Assembly (NCBI GenBank): GCA_964596535.1
Contig: CAZQUR010000001.1
Location: 26,574-90,573, forward strand
Reading direction: 5' to 3'
DNA length: 64,000 nucleotides
Origin: an uncultured Desulfobacteraceae bacterium
GTDB lineage: Bacteria; Desulfobacterota; Desulfobacteria; Desulfobacterales; UBA2156
Shown here: positions 10,212-20,274 of the stretch, one piece after another
How positions within the stretch are numbered: position 1 is the stretch's first letter
Layout: every line of letters starts with the position of its first letter
Program-made: the position numbers and the translations under genes
The notes under the pieces: generated by a model
Told to the model about the DNA's origin: nothing
The model's database searches: none
What the model saw: only the letters and a program-made list of their open reading frames with translations

Positions 10212-11456
10212 CTATGGACGGAATTTTTTGAGAACCAGGCAGGCGTTGGTCCCGCCGAAGCCGAAGGAGTTGGTCATGGCGTACTCGACGGCTTTTTTAC
10301 GGGCCGTGTTGGGGACGTAGTCGAGGTCGCATTCCTCTCCGGGGTTTTCAAAGTTGATGGTGGGGGGAAGGATGTCCTGGTGCAGGGTCAGGGCCGTAAA
10401 GACGGTTTCGACACCCCCTGCGCCGCCCAAAAGGTGCCCGGTCATGGATTTGGTGGAGCTCACGGCAAGGGTTCGGACATGATCCTTGAATACGGTCTTG
10501 ATGGCCCGGGTTTCGTACAAGTCGTTGAGGGGTGTGGAGGTCCCGTGGGCATTGATATATTCCACCGCTCCGGGAGCGATACCGGCATCTTCAATGGCGG
10601 CGGCCATGCAGCGGGCCATCCCTTCCCCGTCCGGGGAAGGCGCACTGATGTGAAAGGCGTCCCCGCTCATTCCGTATCCCACCACTTCGGCGTAGATGTG
10701 CGCCCCGCGCTTTTGCGCGCTTTCCAGGCTTTCGAAGATCAAAATGCCGGCACCTTCTCCGATGACGAATCCATCCCGGTCCCTGTCAAAGGGCCTGGAG
10801 GCTTTTTCGGGCGCGTCGTTCCGGGTGGAAAGGGCTTTCATGGCGTTGAAACCGGCCACGGAGGTGGGGGTGACGACCGACTCCACGCCCCCGGTGATCA
10901 TGGCCTCGGCCCTCCCGCTTTGAATGATCTTGAAGGCCTCTCCGGCGGCGTGGGTCCCGGCGGCGCAGGCGGTGGCCATGGAGGCATTGGGTCCTTTGGC
11001 CCCGAACAGGATGGAAATCATGCCGGCGGCCATGTTCCCGATCATCATGGGAATGAAAAAGGGGCTCACCCGTTTCGGGCCTTTGTGCTCGATGGTGCGG
11101 GTCGTTTCTTCCAGAAACGAAAGTCCTCCCAGGCCGCAACCCGTGAACACCCCGATCCGGAGGGCGTTTTCGCCGTTGACGGTTAAGCCCGAATCTTCCA
11201 TGGCCATCCGGCTGGCGGCCACGGCATAGGCGATGAAAGGGGTGGCTCGGTTGGCGTCCTTTGCAGGCATGAAATCGGCGGGGTTGAAATCTTTGACTTC
11301 CCCTGCGATCTTTGTGGCATAAGAGGCGGCGTCGAACCGTGTGATGGGCCCGATACCGGACTTTCCGGCACAAAGTGTGTTCCAACTCTCCGACACCCCC
11401 ACACCCAGGGGCGTCACCAGCCCCATGCCGGTGATCACGACCCGTTTTATGCTCAA
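10212..11456 (-). CDS. fabF: beta-ketoacyl-ACP synthase II
   Basis: The TTG at 11456 follows AAGGAGG by 5 nt and gives (M)SIKRVVITGMGLVTPLG. The ORF-track start at 11537 would abut the acpP stop. The active-site region ATACAAGTHA and the C-terminal SFGFGGTNA are present. Confidence 0.93.
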   Translation of the reverse strand: MSIKRVVITGMGLVTPLGVGVSESWNTLCAGKSGIGPITRFDAASYATKIAGEVKDFNPADFMPAKDANRATPFIAYAVAASRMAMEDSGLTVNGENALRIGVFTGCGLGGLSFLEETTRTIEHKGPKRVSPFFIPMMIGNMAAGMISILFGAKGPNASMATACAAGTHAAGEAFKIIQSGRAEAMITGGVESVVTPTSVAGFNAMKALSTRNDAPEKASRPFDRDRDGFVIGEGAGILIFESLESAQKRGAHIYAEVVGYGMSGDAFHISAPSPDGEGMARCMAAAIEDAGIAPGAVEYINAHGTSTPLNDLYETRAIKTVFKDHVRTLAVSSTKSMTGHLLGGAGGVETVFTALTLHQDILPPTINFENPGEECDLDYVPNTARKKAVEYAMTNSFGFGGTNACLVLKKFRP

Positions 11457-11536
11457 GATTTCCTCCTTTTGACAGTTATGATCGGGCATGCACGCCCGGC
11501 AAAAAAATTCGCGGCATTCCGATGGATGCCGGTGCA

Positions 11537-11767
11537 TCAGGAATGCTTGGCGATATACTCCAGGACGTCTTTTACGGTGACGAGCTTTTCCGCTTCTTCG
11601 TCAGAAATTTCGATGTCGAATTCTTCTTCCATGGACATGATGAGTTCCACCAGATCCAGGGAATCGGCGCCCAGATCATCCACGAAGGACGCCTCCGGCA
11701 CGATGTCGTTGATATCCACGCTCAGTTTTTCCGCAATGATCTTCTTGACTTTGTCCTCAAGTGACAT
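11537..11767 (-). CDS. acpP: acyl carrier protein
   Basis: 76 aa with the [20 protein letters not shown] phosphopantetheine attachment motif. Confidence 0.95.
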   Translation of the reverse strand: MSLEDKVKKIIAEKLSVDINDIVPEASFVDDLGADSLDLVELIMSMEEEFDIEISDEEAEKLVTVKDVLEYIAKHS

Positions 11768-11820
11768 GGTCGCTTCCTCCTTGATGGCCGTAAAGAAAAA
11801 AATAATGATTTTTTATGCGC

Positions 11821-12585
11821 TTACATATACATGCCGCCGCTGACATGGATGACCTGGCCGGTGATATAGGTCGCCTGTTCGGATGCCAGAAACGCCACGA
11901 CGTGCGCCACGTCTTCCGGTTGCCCGGCACGACCCAGGGGAATTTGGGCCATCATCTCCGTTCTCACTTTTTCGGAAAGCACGGCGGTCATGTCCGTCTC
12001 GATGAATCCCGGGGCCACCGCGTTTACGGTGACACCCCGCTGGGCGAACTCTCGGGCCGCGGTCTTGGTCAGCCCGATGATCCCGGCCTTGGAAGCCACA
12101 TAATTGGCCTGGCCCGGGTTCCCGATGACCCCAACGATGGAAGCGATGTTGATGATGCGCCCGGATCGTTGGTTTACCATGGCGCGGCCCCCAAACCGGG
12201 TGCAGTGAAACGCTCCCTTCAAATTGACGTTCATCACGGCGTCCCAGTCCGTTTCGGTCATCCGCATGAGCAGTTTGTCCCGGGTGATCCCGGCGTTGTT
12301 GACAAGAACGTCGATGCGGCCGGCCTCCTGTATGACCGTGTCAAAGAACGCCTTTACCGAGTCCTCCGACGCCACATTGACGCTTTGGCTTTTCGCCCAT
12401 CCGCCGGCCCCGTTGACGAGGGTTTCGGTTTTTTCCGCATGGGCCTGTTCTCCCTGCGGATCGCCGGGGTTGAAGTAATTAAAATAGATTCGGGTGTCCG
12501 GAGCGGCAAATTCAAGACAGATGGCCCGGCCGATGCCCCGGGATCCGCCGGTAACCACTACCACGCGCGTTTCATCCGCTTTCAT
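11821..12585 (-). CDS. fabG: 3-oxoacyl-ACP reductase
   Basis: 254 aa SDR with VVTGGSRGIGRAI, NNAGI and YVASKAG. Its ATG overlaps the stop of the upstream acyl-CoA dehydrogenase gene (ATGA at 12582-12585). Confidence 0.9.
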   Translation of the reverse strand: MKADETRVVVVTGGSRGIGRAICLEFAAPDTRIYFNYFNPGDPQGEQAHAEKTETLVNGAGGWAKSQSVNVASEDSVKAFFDTVIQEAGRIDVLVNNAGITRDKLLMRMTETDWDAVMNVNLKGAFHCTRFGGRAMVNQRSGRIINIASIVGVIGNPGQANYVASKAGIIGLTKTAAREFAQRGVTVNAVAPGFIETDMTAVLSEKVRTEMMAQIPLGRAGQPEDVAHVVAFLASEQATYITGQVIHVSGGMYM

Positions 12586-14258
12586 GATCCCCTCTCGAAG
12601 ATAAAATTCGCCGCCCGATCCATGTCGGCCAGGAGCTGTTCATAGCCGGCTTTAAGGGAGGCAAAGGCGATGCGTTCCAGGAAGGAAAAAGCGTCTTTCG
12701 ATTCGAAAAGACCGCACCCCATCACGATCTTCGCGGCGTTTTCCGCTACGGTCTGTGCCGTTTCCCGGGCGAAGATCCGGCAAAAAACATTGATTTTTTC
12801 GGATTCAGGGAGGCGGTTTTCCGTCAGGCGCCGGGCCTTTTTCACGAAACCGGCCGCGATTTCCACCGCCGTCATCATGTCGGCAAGGGCGAACATGACG
12901 AACTGCTGCCGTGTCAGCTTGTGGTCGTGGGCCAGGGTGAGGGTCTCATTGAGCGCCCGGACGGCCGTCCCCACCAGGCTTGCCCCCAAATCCGCAAAGT
13001 GTGTTTCGATTTTATCCATCTGGGCGGCCGTATCCGCGTAAAAGGCACCTTTGGTTTTTCGGGACTTTTTCCATCGAAAGGTGCTGATGATGTTTTGCTG
13101 GATCTCGCTGGTGCCTTCATAAATGCAGGTGATTTTCACGTCCCGTTTGATCTTTTCCACCATGAATTCCCGGATATATCCGTATCCTCCCAGGGCCTGC
13201 ATGGCGTCGTCGGCGGCCCTGTTGGCGGCTTCGGTGGCGAAATATTTGGCGATGGCGCCTTCCACTTGAAGGTCTTCCCCGGTTTCATCGAGCCGTTTGG
13301 CCGTTTCCTCGAGATAGGCGGCCGCGGCTTCCATGTGCACGGCATGGGGGACGACGAGCTTGTGGGTATACCCCTGCTTTTCGGAAAGGGGAGACCCGAA
13401 CTGGACCCGCTCCTTGGCATAAGGGATAACGAAGTCGAGGGCGGCTTCTCCGGCGCCCAGGGCCATGGCCGCCACCATCAGGCGTGTGTATCCGAAGACC
13501 GCATTGGCTTGCTTGAGGCCGACCCCCGGAATATCGCCGATGAGGTTTTCCGCCGGAACAAAGACATCGGTGAAGGTCAACGGCGAGGTGTTGGAGGCGC
13601 GGATGCCGTGTTTTTCTTCCCCTTTTCCCTGTATAAAACCTTGGGTCCCTTTTTCCACGATGAAAAAGGAGGGACCTTCCGGCGCCCGGGCCAGGACCGT
13701 GATGAAATCGGCATACCCGCCGGTGGAGATAAACTGCTTGTTCCCATTGATACGGTAACCGATGATTTTCCCGGATGGGTCCGCCACCGGATCGGCCTTG
13801 GTTTTCAGCGCGGCCAGGTTGCTTCCGGCCTCCGGTTCCGTGACGGCATAGGCGACCAGGGCGTTTCCCTCCGCGATGGCGCCCAGCCATTTCTTCTTTT
13901 GGGCCTCGGTGCCGCCGACTCTTAACGGGTCCGAGCCCAGTTGAATGGCAAAAAAGGCCGTGGCCACCCCGAGACAGATCTTGGCCATTTCCCGGGTGAT
14001 CTCGCAGCAGTCCATGGCGCCGCCCCCCATGCCGCCGTAAGCTTCCGGAAGGAACAACAGCTGTAAGCCGATTTCGGGGCCCAGCATTTGACGGATGATC
14101 CCTTCCGGAAAGGACTCGTTTTTATCCAGTTCGAGGATCGTTTCCGGGGTCAAAAGCCGGGTTTTCAGCTGTCGCACCGTCTCGACGACCATCTGCCGGG
14201 TTTCCGGATCCAGACCCTCGGGGGCGGCTTTTTGGGGGGCGGAAGATAACGTTTCCAT
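12582..14258 (-). CDS. acyl-CoA dehydrogenase family protein with ~150-aa C-terminal extension (VLCAD-like architecture)
   Basis: 558 aa with AYAVTEPEAGSNLAALKT, GNKQFISTGG and the catalytic-base region CIYEGTSEIQQNII, followed by an extra helical C-terminal region. It starts 22 nt after the rpmF stop. Confidence 0.85.
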   Translation of the reverse strand: METLSSAPQKAAPEGLDPETRQMVVETVRQLKTRLLTPETILELDKNESFPEGIIRQMLGPEIGLQLLFLPEAYGGMGGGAMDCCEITREMAKICLGVATAFFAIQLGSDPLRVGGTEAQKKKWLGAIAEGNALVAYAVTEPEAGSNLAALKTKADPVADPSGKIIGYRINGNKQFISTGGYADFITVLARAPEGPSFFIVEKGTQGFIQGKGEEKHGIRASNTSPLTFTDVFVPAENLIGDIPGVGLKQANAVFGYTRLMVAAMALGAGEAALDFVIPYAKERVQFGSPLSEKQGYTHKLVVPHAVHMEAAAAYLEETAKRLDETGEDLQVEGAIAKYFATEAANRAADDAMQALGGYGYIREFMVEKIKRDVKITCIYEGTSEIQQNIISTFRWKKSRKTKGAFYADTAAQMDKIETHFADLGASLVGTAVRALNETLTLAHDHKLTRQQFVMFALADMMTAVEIAAGFVKKARRLTENRLPESEKINVFCRIFARETAQTVAENAAKIVMGCGLFESKDAFSFLERIAFASLKAGYEQLLADMDRAANFIFERGS

Positions 14259-14280
14259 CGTTTAAAAATTTTCCTTGGGG

Positions 14281-14460
14281 TTATTCTTCGGTTTTGACCA
14301 CTGTGCGGCCTTTATACGCGCCGCAGTGGGGACACGCCCGGTGCGGCGGCCTGGCCTCCCCGCATTGGGGGCATGGTGAAAGGTTGGGAAGGGGGGTCTT
14401 GTAGTGCGCCCGCCGCATGTCACGTTTCGATTTGGATTTCTTGCGTTTTGGAAGTGGCAT
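14281..14460 (-). CDS. rpmF: 50S ribosomal protein L32
   Basis: Not in the ORF track (59 aa). Translation is MPLPKRKKSKSKRDMRRAHYKTPLPNLSPCPQCGEARPPHRACPHCGAYKGRTVVKTEE, with GGAG 8 nt upstream of the ATG. Confidence 0.93.
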   Translation of the reverse strand: MPLPKRKKSKSKRDMRRAHYKTPLPNLSPCPQCGEARPPHRACPHCGAYKGRTVVKTEE

Positions 14461-14530
14461 AAGTAATCTCCTAACTTTTTAATATTATTAAATTAATTAA
14501 TATATAAGCGACTATTAAAAGGTTTGGACT

Positions 14531-14559
14531 CTAGTAATTGAAAAGCGAACCGTTGTCAA
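14531..14559 (-). promoter_or_regulatory. candidate sigma70-type promoter for the rpmF operon
   Basis: The minus strand reads TTGACA (14559-14554), a 17-nt spacer, then TACTAG (14536-14531). The -10 is weak, so this is tentative. Confidence 0.25.
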
Positions 14560-14925
14560 GGACTTTTCCGCCGGTTTTTTAAAATGATTTCCTTGTACCC
14601 TGTGGCCGCATGTGATAAGAAGCAGGCCGCCGGCGGAAATAAACCGCAATTTAATTTAACATATTGATAAAATTGAATATACGATCACATCGAATGTAAG
14701 GCGGATTCACGTGTCGGTAACTTTTTTAAATCATGGGATTCCCGGTTTCGGAAACGAGCGCCGCTGCGGCAGGGAAAAGTCCGTGGAATCCGCTTTATGA
14801 CTAGTTTTCTTTAAAATGCGGCCGGAAGCGCATCCCGGGGATGGAGCTATAATAATATTTTTAAATATCAAAATGTTGCAAAGGCCATGAATCGTTCGAA
14901 TGTATTTCATAGGAAATTATAAGCA

Positions 14926-16350
14926 ATGATTATCACGCGATTTCCACCCAGTCCCACCGGTCACCTCCACATGGGGGGCGCCCGCACGGCCCTGTTCAAC
15001 TGGTTGTATGCCCGGCATATGAACGGAAAATTCATTTTACGGATCGAAGATACGGATACGGCGCGGTCCACCCCGGAATTTGTGGAATCCATCCTGGAGT
15101 CCCTCCGGTGGCTGGGCATTGACTGGGACGAGGGGCCTTATTTTCAGTCCCGGCGGTTTTCCATCTACCGGGAATACATACAAAAGCTCCTGGATTCCGG
15201 TCAGGCCTATTATTGTGATTGTCGGCCCGAGCGGCTCGAAGCGATCCGAAAAAGCGCCATGGCGTCCGGTGGAAAGCCCAAATATGACGGAAAATGCCGT
15301 GACCGGGGGCTGAAGGCGTCCCAAGATACCGTGGTCCGATTCAAGACGCCCCTCGTCGGTGCCACGGTTTTAAACGATGCCGTCAAAGGCAGCATCGTCT
15401 TTGACAACACCGAGTTGGATGATTTTATCATCGTCCGGAAAGACGAAACCCCCACCTATAATTTCGTGGTGGTGGTGGACGACGTCACCATGGGGATCAA
15501 CGTGATCCTCCGGGGGGACGATCATGTCATGAACACCCCCAAACAGATCCTGATCTACAAGGCCCTGGGTGCAAAACTCCCCGTATTCGCCCACGTGCCC
15601 ATGGTGCTGGGTCATGATCGTTCCCGGCTGAGCAAGCGGCACGGTGCCCTGTCGGTTTCGGCTTACCGGGACATGGGCTACCTTCCCGACGCCCTCATCA
15701 ATTACCTGGTCCGCCTGGGGTGGTCCTACGGGGATCAGGAAATCTTCACCCGGGAGGAACTCATCGAAAAGTTCTCCATCGACAGTCTCGGGAAGTCCCC
15801 GGGCGTTTTTAACCCGGAAAAGCTCTTGGCGGTCAATGCGGAGCACATCAAGCGCACCCCTGACCGGGCTCTCGCCAGAGCGCTCCGGCCGTTTTTTGAA
15901 CAACAAGGCCTTTCGGTGAATGACGGCCCGAACCTTGAAGCCGTCGTTTCCACCCTGAAGGAACGGAGCAAGACACTGATGGAGATGGCCGACAACGGGC
16001 GGTTTTATTTTACGGAAACCGTGGATTACGAAGAAGCGGCAGCAGAAAAATTTCTCACCGCCGAATCGGCGCCGGTCCTCCGCCGGGTGGAACAGCAACT
16101 TGAGGCGTCGCGGGATTTCGGGGAAAAGACGCTGGAAGAGGCTTTCCGCGCCGTCATGGAAGAAACCGGGCGGAAACTAGGAAAGATCGCCCAACCCGTC
16201 CGGGTGGCCCTCACGGGAAAGACGGCGAGTCCCGGCATTTTCGAAATCCTGCATGTGCTGGGCAAGGCCCGCGCCGTCGATCGATTGAAACGTGCCGTTG
16301 CATTCATCGAAGAGCGATCCTCCGGATTTGCCGAGACAGAATCGACTTGA
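14926..16350 (+). CDS. gltX: glutamate--tRNA ligase
   Basis: 474 aa with RFPPSPTGHLHMGGARTALFNWLYAR (HIGH region) and LSKRHG (KMSKS-like). Confidence 0.95.
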   Translation: MIITRFPPSPTGHLHMGGARTALFNWLYARHMNGKFILRIEDTDTARSTPEFVESILESLRWLGIDWDEGPYFQSRRFSIYREYIQKLLDSGQAYYCDCRPERLEAIRKSAMASGGKPKYDGKCRDRGLKASQDTVVRFKTPLVGATVLNDAVKGSIVFDNTELDDFIIVRKDETPTYNFVVVVDDVTMGINVILRGDDHVMNTPKQILIYKALGAKLPVFAHVPMVLGHDRSRLSKRHGALSVSAYRDMGYLPDALINYLVRLGWSYGDQEIFTREELIEKFSIDSLGKSPGVFNPEKLLAVNAEHIKRTPDRALARALRPFFEQQGLSVNDGPNLEAVVSTLKERSKTLMEMADNGRFYFTETVDYEEAAAEKFLTAESAPVLRRVEQQLEASRDFGEKTLEEAFRAVMEETGRKLGKIAQPVRVALTGKTASPGIFEILHVLGKARAVDRLKRAVAFIEERSSGFAETEST

Positions 16351-16390
16351 CGGCTGCCGGCAAGGTGTATTAAAATAAACACATACGTAC

Positions 16391-16464
16391 TGGGGGATCG
16401 TCTAACGGCAGGACGACGGGTTCTGGCCCCGTTAATCCAGGTTCGAATCCTGGTCCCTCAGCCA
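16391..16464 (+). tRNA. tRNA-Gln (anticodon CUG), CCA encoded
   Basis: A 74-nt cloverleaf folded by hand. The acceptor is UGGGGGA/UCCCUCA, the D stem GUCU/GGAC, the anticodon stem ACGGG/CCCGU with loop UUCUGGC, and the T arm CCAGG-UUCGAAU-CCUGG. The discriminator is G followed by CCA. Confidence 0.9.
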
Positions 16465-16596
16465 ATTTTTCCTGCCGGATTGTTTCCGCTTTTTTTGTTG
16501 CGATTGACTTCCCTCCCGTTTTCCCATAGAGATGGCCCATGATTTTGTTCGGCACAAACTCCTACGGAAAGTGAATTCAAGGAGGGAGGAACCGGC

Positions 16597-18297
16597 ATGG
16601 CGTCGGTTGAATTGAAGCCCGCATCGAATTTCATTCGAAACATCATTGCGCAAGACCAAGAAACCGGAAAATGGGACAGCCGCGTGCAGACCCGTTTTCC
16701 GCCCGAACCCAACGGGTATCTCCATATCGGGCACGCCAAGTCCATCTGTATCAACTTCGGCCTGGCCGCCGAGTTCAAAGGAAGCTGCAATCTCCGGTTC
16801 GATGATACGAATCCCACCAAGGAAGAGCATGAGTACGTGGAGGCCATCAAGGCCGACGTGCGGTGGCTCGGCTTTGACTGGGAGGAGCGGGAGTTTTATG
16901 CCTCGGATTACTTCGACACCCTGTATAAATATGCCGTGGATCTCATCGAAAAAGGCAAGGCCTATGTGGACAGCTTGAGCGCCGAGGAAATCCGGGCGCA
17001 TCGGGGGACCCTCACGGAGCCCGGCAGGGAAAGCCCCTACCGGAACCGGACCGTGGCCGAAAACCGCGATTTGTTTGAACGCATGCACAACGGTGATTTC
17101 CCGGCGGGGGCCCACGTGCTCCGGGCCAAAATCGACATGGGGTCTCCCAATTTGAATATGCGGGATCCGGTCATGTACCGGATCCTTTTCGCTTCACACC
17201 ACCGCACCGGAGACAAATGGTGCATTTATCCCACCTACGATTTCGCCCACGGCCAGTGTGATTCCATCGAAGGGGTCACCCATTCCATCTGCACCCTGGA
17301 ATTCGAAGATCACCGGCCCCTGTACGACTGGTTTCTCGACGTCCTGGAGATCCATCATCCCCGGCAGATCGAATTCGCCCGGCTCAACCTCACCCGGACC
17401 GTGTTGAGCAAGCGGAAGCTCGTCCGCCTGGTGGAGGAAGGGTATGTGACGGGATGGGACGATCCCCGCATGCCCACCCTCTCGGGGCTCCGGCGCCGGG
17501 GATACACCCCGCGGGCCATCCGCAACTTCTGTGAGCGGATCGGTGTGGCCCGCCGCGACAGCACCGTGGACATGGCCCTTTTGGAATACTGCCTTCGAGA
17601 GGATCTAAACCGCACGGCGCCGCGTGTCATGGCGGTATTGCGGCCCTTGAAAGTGGTCATCGAAAATTATCCGGAAAACCGCACGGAAATGCTTGAGGCC
17701 GTCAACAACCCCGAAGACCCCGGCATGGGGACCCGACAGGTTCCCTTTTCCCGGGAGATCTACATCGAACGAGACGATTTCATGGAAGATCCGCCCAAGA
17801 AATTTTTCCGGCTTTCCCCGGGCCGGGAAGTGAGGCTCCGGTATGCCTATTTCATCACCTGCGTGGGCGTGGTCAAGGATGAAAAAACGGGAGAAGTGCG
17901 GGAAGTCCGGTGCACCTACGATCCGGCCACCCGGGGCGGGGATGCACCCGACGGCCGCAAGGTCAAGGCCACCCTCCATTGGGTGAGCGCCCCCCACGCC
18001 TTCGCGGGCGACGTGCGTCTTTACGGTGATCTTCTAAAGGATCTGCCGGAAACGGAAGAAGAAAAGGATCCGCTGGATTTCAAGGACCGGATCAATCCGG
18101 ATTCTCTGTCGGTTCTTTCCGACTGCAAGCTGGAACCGGGTCTTGCCGACGCCTTGCCGGAAAACCGGTATCAGTTCGAACGACTGGGGTATTTTTTCGT
18201 GGATCCCGTCGATTCCGCACCGAAAGCCCCCGTTTTCAACCGTACCGTCACCCTCCGGGACACCTGGGCCAAGATCCGGAAACAATCCCGGGGATAA
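16597..18297 (+). CDS. glnS: glutamine--tRNA ligase
   Basis: 566 aa with [23 protein letters not shown] and VLSKRKL. GGAGGGAGG lies upstream of the ATG. Confidence 0.95.
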   Translation: MASVELKPASNFIRNIIAQDQETGKWDSRVQTRFPPEPNGYLHIGHAKSICINFGLAAEFKGSCNLRFDDTNPTKEEHEYVEAIKADVRWLGFDWEEREFYASDYFDTLYKYAVDLIEKGKAYVDSLSAEEIRAHRGTLTEPGRESPYRNRTVAENRDLFERMHNGDFPAGAHVLRAKIDMGSPNLNMRDPVMYRILFASHHRTGDKWCIYPTYDFAHGQCDSIEGVTHSICTLEFEDHRPLYDWFLDVLEIHHPRQIEFARLNLTRTVLSKRKLVRLVEEGYVTGWDDPRMPTLSGLRRRGYTPRAIRNFCERIGVARRDSTVDMALLEYCLREDLNRTAPRVMAVLRPLKVVIENYPENRTEMLEAVNNPEDPGMGTRQVPFSREIYIERDDFMEDPPKKFFRLSPGREVRLRYAYFITCVGVVKDEKTGEVREVRCTYDPATRGGDAPDGRKVKATLHWVSAPHAFAGDVRLYGDLLKDLPETEEEKDPLDFKDRINPDSLSVLSDCKLEPGLADALPENRYQFERLGYFFVDPVDSAPKAPVFNRTVTLRDTWAKIRKQSRG

Positions 18298-18342
18298 GCC
18301 CATCGCCTCCATAAAGGGACGACTTTCCTTCCGATGTTCCCC

Positions 18343-18990
18343 CTATTTTTTTTTGAAAACGAGTCTTCCCCCGTAATACCCCGCCGTGGTGGCCGCCGCC
18401 AGCATCACCAGGTGGATGAAGAGGAAGAGCCATCGACCGGGGGAGGCGTGGGTCAGGATTGCAGGATCGGCGTGTCGCCATAAAACCAGGGTCAACGCCG
18501 TGAGGGTGACGATGGCCCCGCAGGCCATCTTGATCTTGAACACCCGGGTCAAGGCCCCCTTGAAACGGTTTTTCCAGTCCGAATACCCCGAATACAATAC
18601 CACGGGCATGACGCACGTCACGAAGATCATGTTGAAATATGACGCCGATGCCAGGGGCGGGAAGGCAAAAAGAACCGAGACAAAAGCAAAAAAGACCGAA
18701 ACGGGCAACAGGCCGTTGGGTACGTGTACCGAGATGGGATGGATATGGAGATCATAGATGATCCGCGGAAGCCGATCGACGGATTTGGGGGCGCCCCTGG
18801 TTGCGGCGGGGGGCACCCGGGAGATGGGTTTTGCCGGCGTTTCTGTCACGGGCCGGGGTTGCGCCCCTGCCGGCACTTCCGGCGTGACCTCCACGAACTT
18901 GCTCCGGTCCGCCCCGCAGACCGGGCACTTTTCCGAGGGTTCTTCGCCGGTATGCACATCGCCGCAAACCGTGCATTTCCATTTCCGCAT
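18343..18990 (-). CDS. rubredoxin-type zinc-ribbon + DUF2231-like membrane protein
   Basis: From ATG 18990 the protein reads [26 protein letters not shown] (CxxC..CxxC). A Pro-rich linker follows, then about 4 TM segments beginning [15 protein letters not shown] and ending GYYGGRLVF, which is DUF2231-like. The ORF-track start at 19092 would overlap the upstream gene. Confidence 0.6.
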   Translation of the reverse strand: MRKWKCTVCGDVHTGEEPSEKCPVCGADRSKFVEVTPEVPAGAQPRPVTETPAKPISRVPPAATRGAPKSVDRLPRIIYDLHIHPISVHVPNGLLPVSVFFAFVSVLFAFPPLASASYFNMIFVTCVMPVVLYSGYSDWKNRFKGALTRVFKIKMACGAIVTLTALTLVLWRHADPAILTHASPGRWLFLFIHLVMLAAATTAGYYGGRLVFKKK

Positions 18991-19030
18991 CAGATCCCGC
19001 CCCGTCCAAGAGGAGGCGCCTTTAAAGGCA

Positions 19031-20155
19031 TCACAACAAAAAGCTCCAGAGGATGCCGGCGCACATGGCGGATCCGATGACGCCGGAGGCATTGCAGGCC
19101 ATGCCGTGCATGAGCAGATAATTGGTGGGGTCCGATTTCAGGCCCGTCAAGTGAACTTCCCGGGCGGATCCGGGGACGGCCGAAACGCCTGCGGCGCCCA
19201 ACAGGGGATTGATCTTTTGTTTCAAGAAAAGATTCATGATCTTGGCGAAAAGGACCCCCGACGCTGTAGCGATGCTGAAGGCAACGGCACCCAGAAAGAA
19301 GATGCCCACGGATTTAGGGGTCAAGAAGACGTCGGCCTGGGTGCTGGCGCCGACGGTGAATCCCAGGAAAATGGTGGCCGTGTCGATGATGGCCGAGCGG
19401 GCGGTCTGGGCCAGGCGGTCCACCACGCCGCTGACCTTCATGAGGTTCCCGAAGAAGAAGGGCCCTAGAAGCGGGATGGAGGCGGGTGCCAGGAAACAGC
19501 ACAGGATGACCCCCACCACGGGAAAAATCAACTGTTCTTTCCGGGAGACCTCCCGGGTTTCGGGCATGTGGATGCGCCGCTCTTCTTTGGTGGTCAAAAG
19601 GCGCATGATGGGGGGCTGGATGATGGGGATCAACGCCATGTAGGAATAGGCCGCGATGGCGACCGGACCGATGAGATGCGGGGCGAGCTTGGCCGTTAAA
19701 AAGATGGAGGTGGGTCCGTCGGCCCCCCCGATAATGGCGATGGCACCGGCTTCCTGGGGCAGGAATCCCAGGGCCAGGGCCGAAAGGAGCGTGAAATAAA
19801 TCCCCATCTGGGCTGCGGCGCCCAGGAGCATGAGTTTGGGGGATGCCAGCAGGGAGGAAAAATCCGTCATGGCACCGAGCCCCAAAAAGACGATGGACGG
19901 ATAAAGTCCCGAGGTGACGCCGAAATAGAGATAGTGGAGCACGCTGTTGGGTTCATAGATGCCCAAGCCGAACCCTTTGAAAAACGGGATGTTTCCCACG
20001 ATGATGCCGAAGCCGATGGGGAGCAGCAGGAGCGGTTCATATTTCTTGGCGATGGAAAGGAAAATAAAGGTGCACCCCACCAGGATCATGACGATGTGGC
20101 GGTAATCGGCCAAAAAGTAGCCGGTGTTGGATAAAAACTGAAGTAAAAGCGTCAT
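19031..20155 (-). CDS. Na+-translocating decarboxylase beta subunit family (OadB/GcdB/MmdB-like)
   Basis: 374-aa polytopic membrane protein. [40 protein letters not shown] and [10 protein letters not shown] match the family as I know it. Confidence 0.85.
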   Translation of the reverse strand: MTLLLQFLSNTGYFLADYRHIVMILVGCTFIFLSIAKKYEPLLLLPIGFGIIVGNIPFFKGFGLGIYEPNSVLHYLYFGVTSGLYPSIVFLGLGAMTDFSSLLASPKLMLLGAAAQMGIYFTLLSALALGFLPQEAGAIAIIGGADGPTSIFLTAKLAPHLIGPVAIAAYSYMALIPIIQPPIMRLLTTKEERRIHMPETREVSRKEQLIFPVVGVILCCFLAPASIPLLGPFFFGNLMKVSGVVDRLAQTARSAIIDTATIFLGFTVGASTQADVFLTPKSVGIFFLGAVAFSIATASGVLFAKIMNLFLKQKINPLLGAAGVSAVPGSAREVHLTGLKSDPTNYLLMHGMACNASGVIGSAMCAGILWSFLL

Positions 20156-20274
20156 AATGGTTTCTTCCTAAATGTTCTTTCGTCTTTTTGACGTGCCGTT
20201 TCGATGTGTGGGAGGCAGGTTATCCGGACGGGACGAGTCCAATGACGCGTGGCGGAACAAGGCGAGATTCCATG

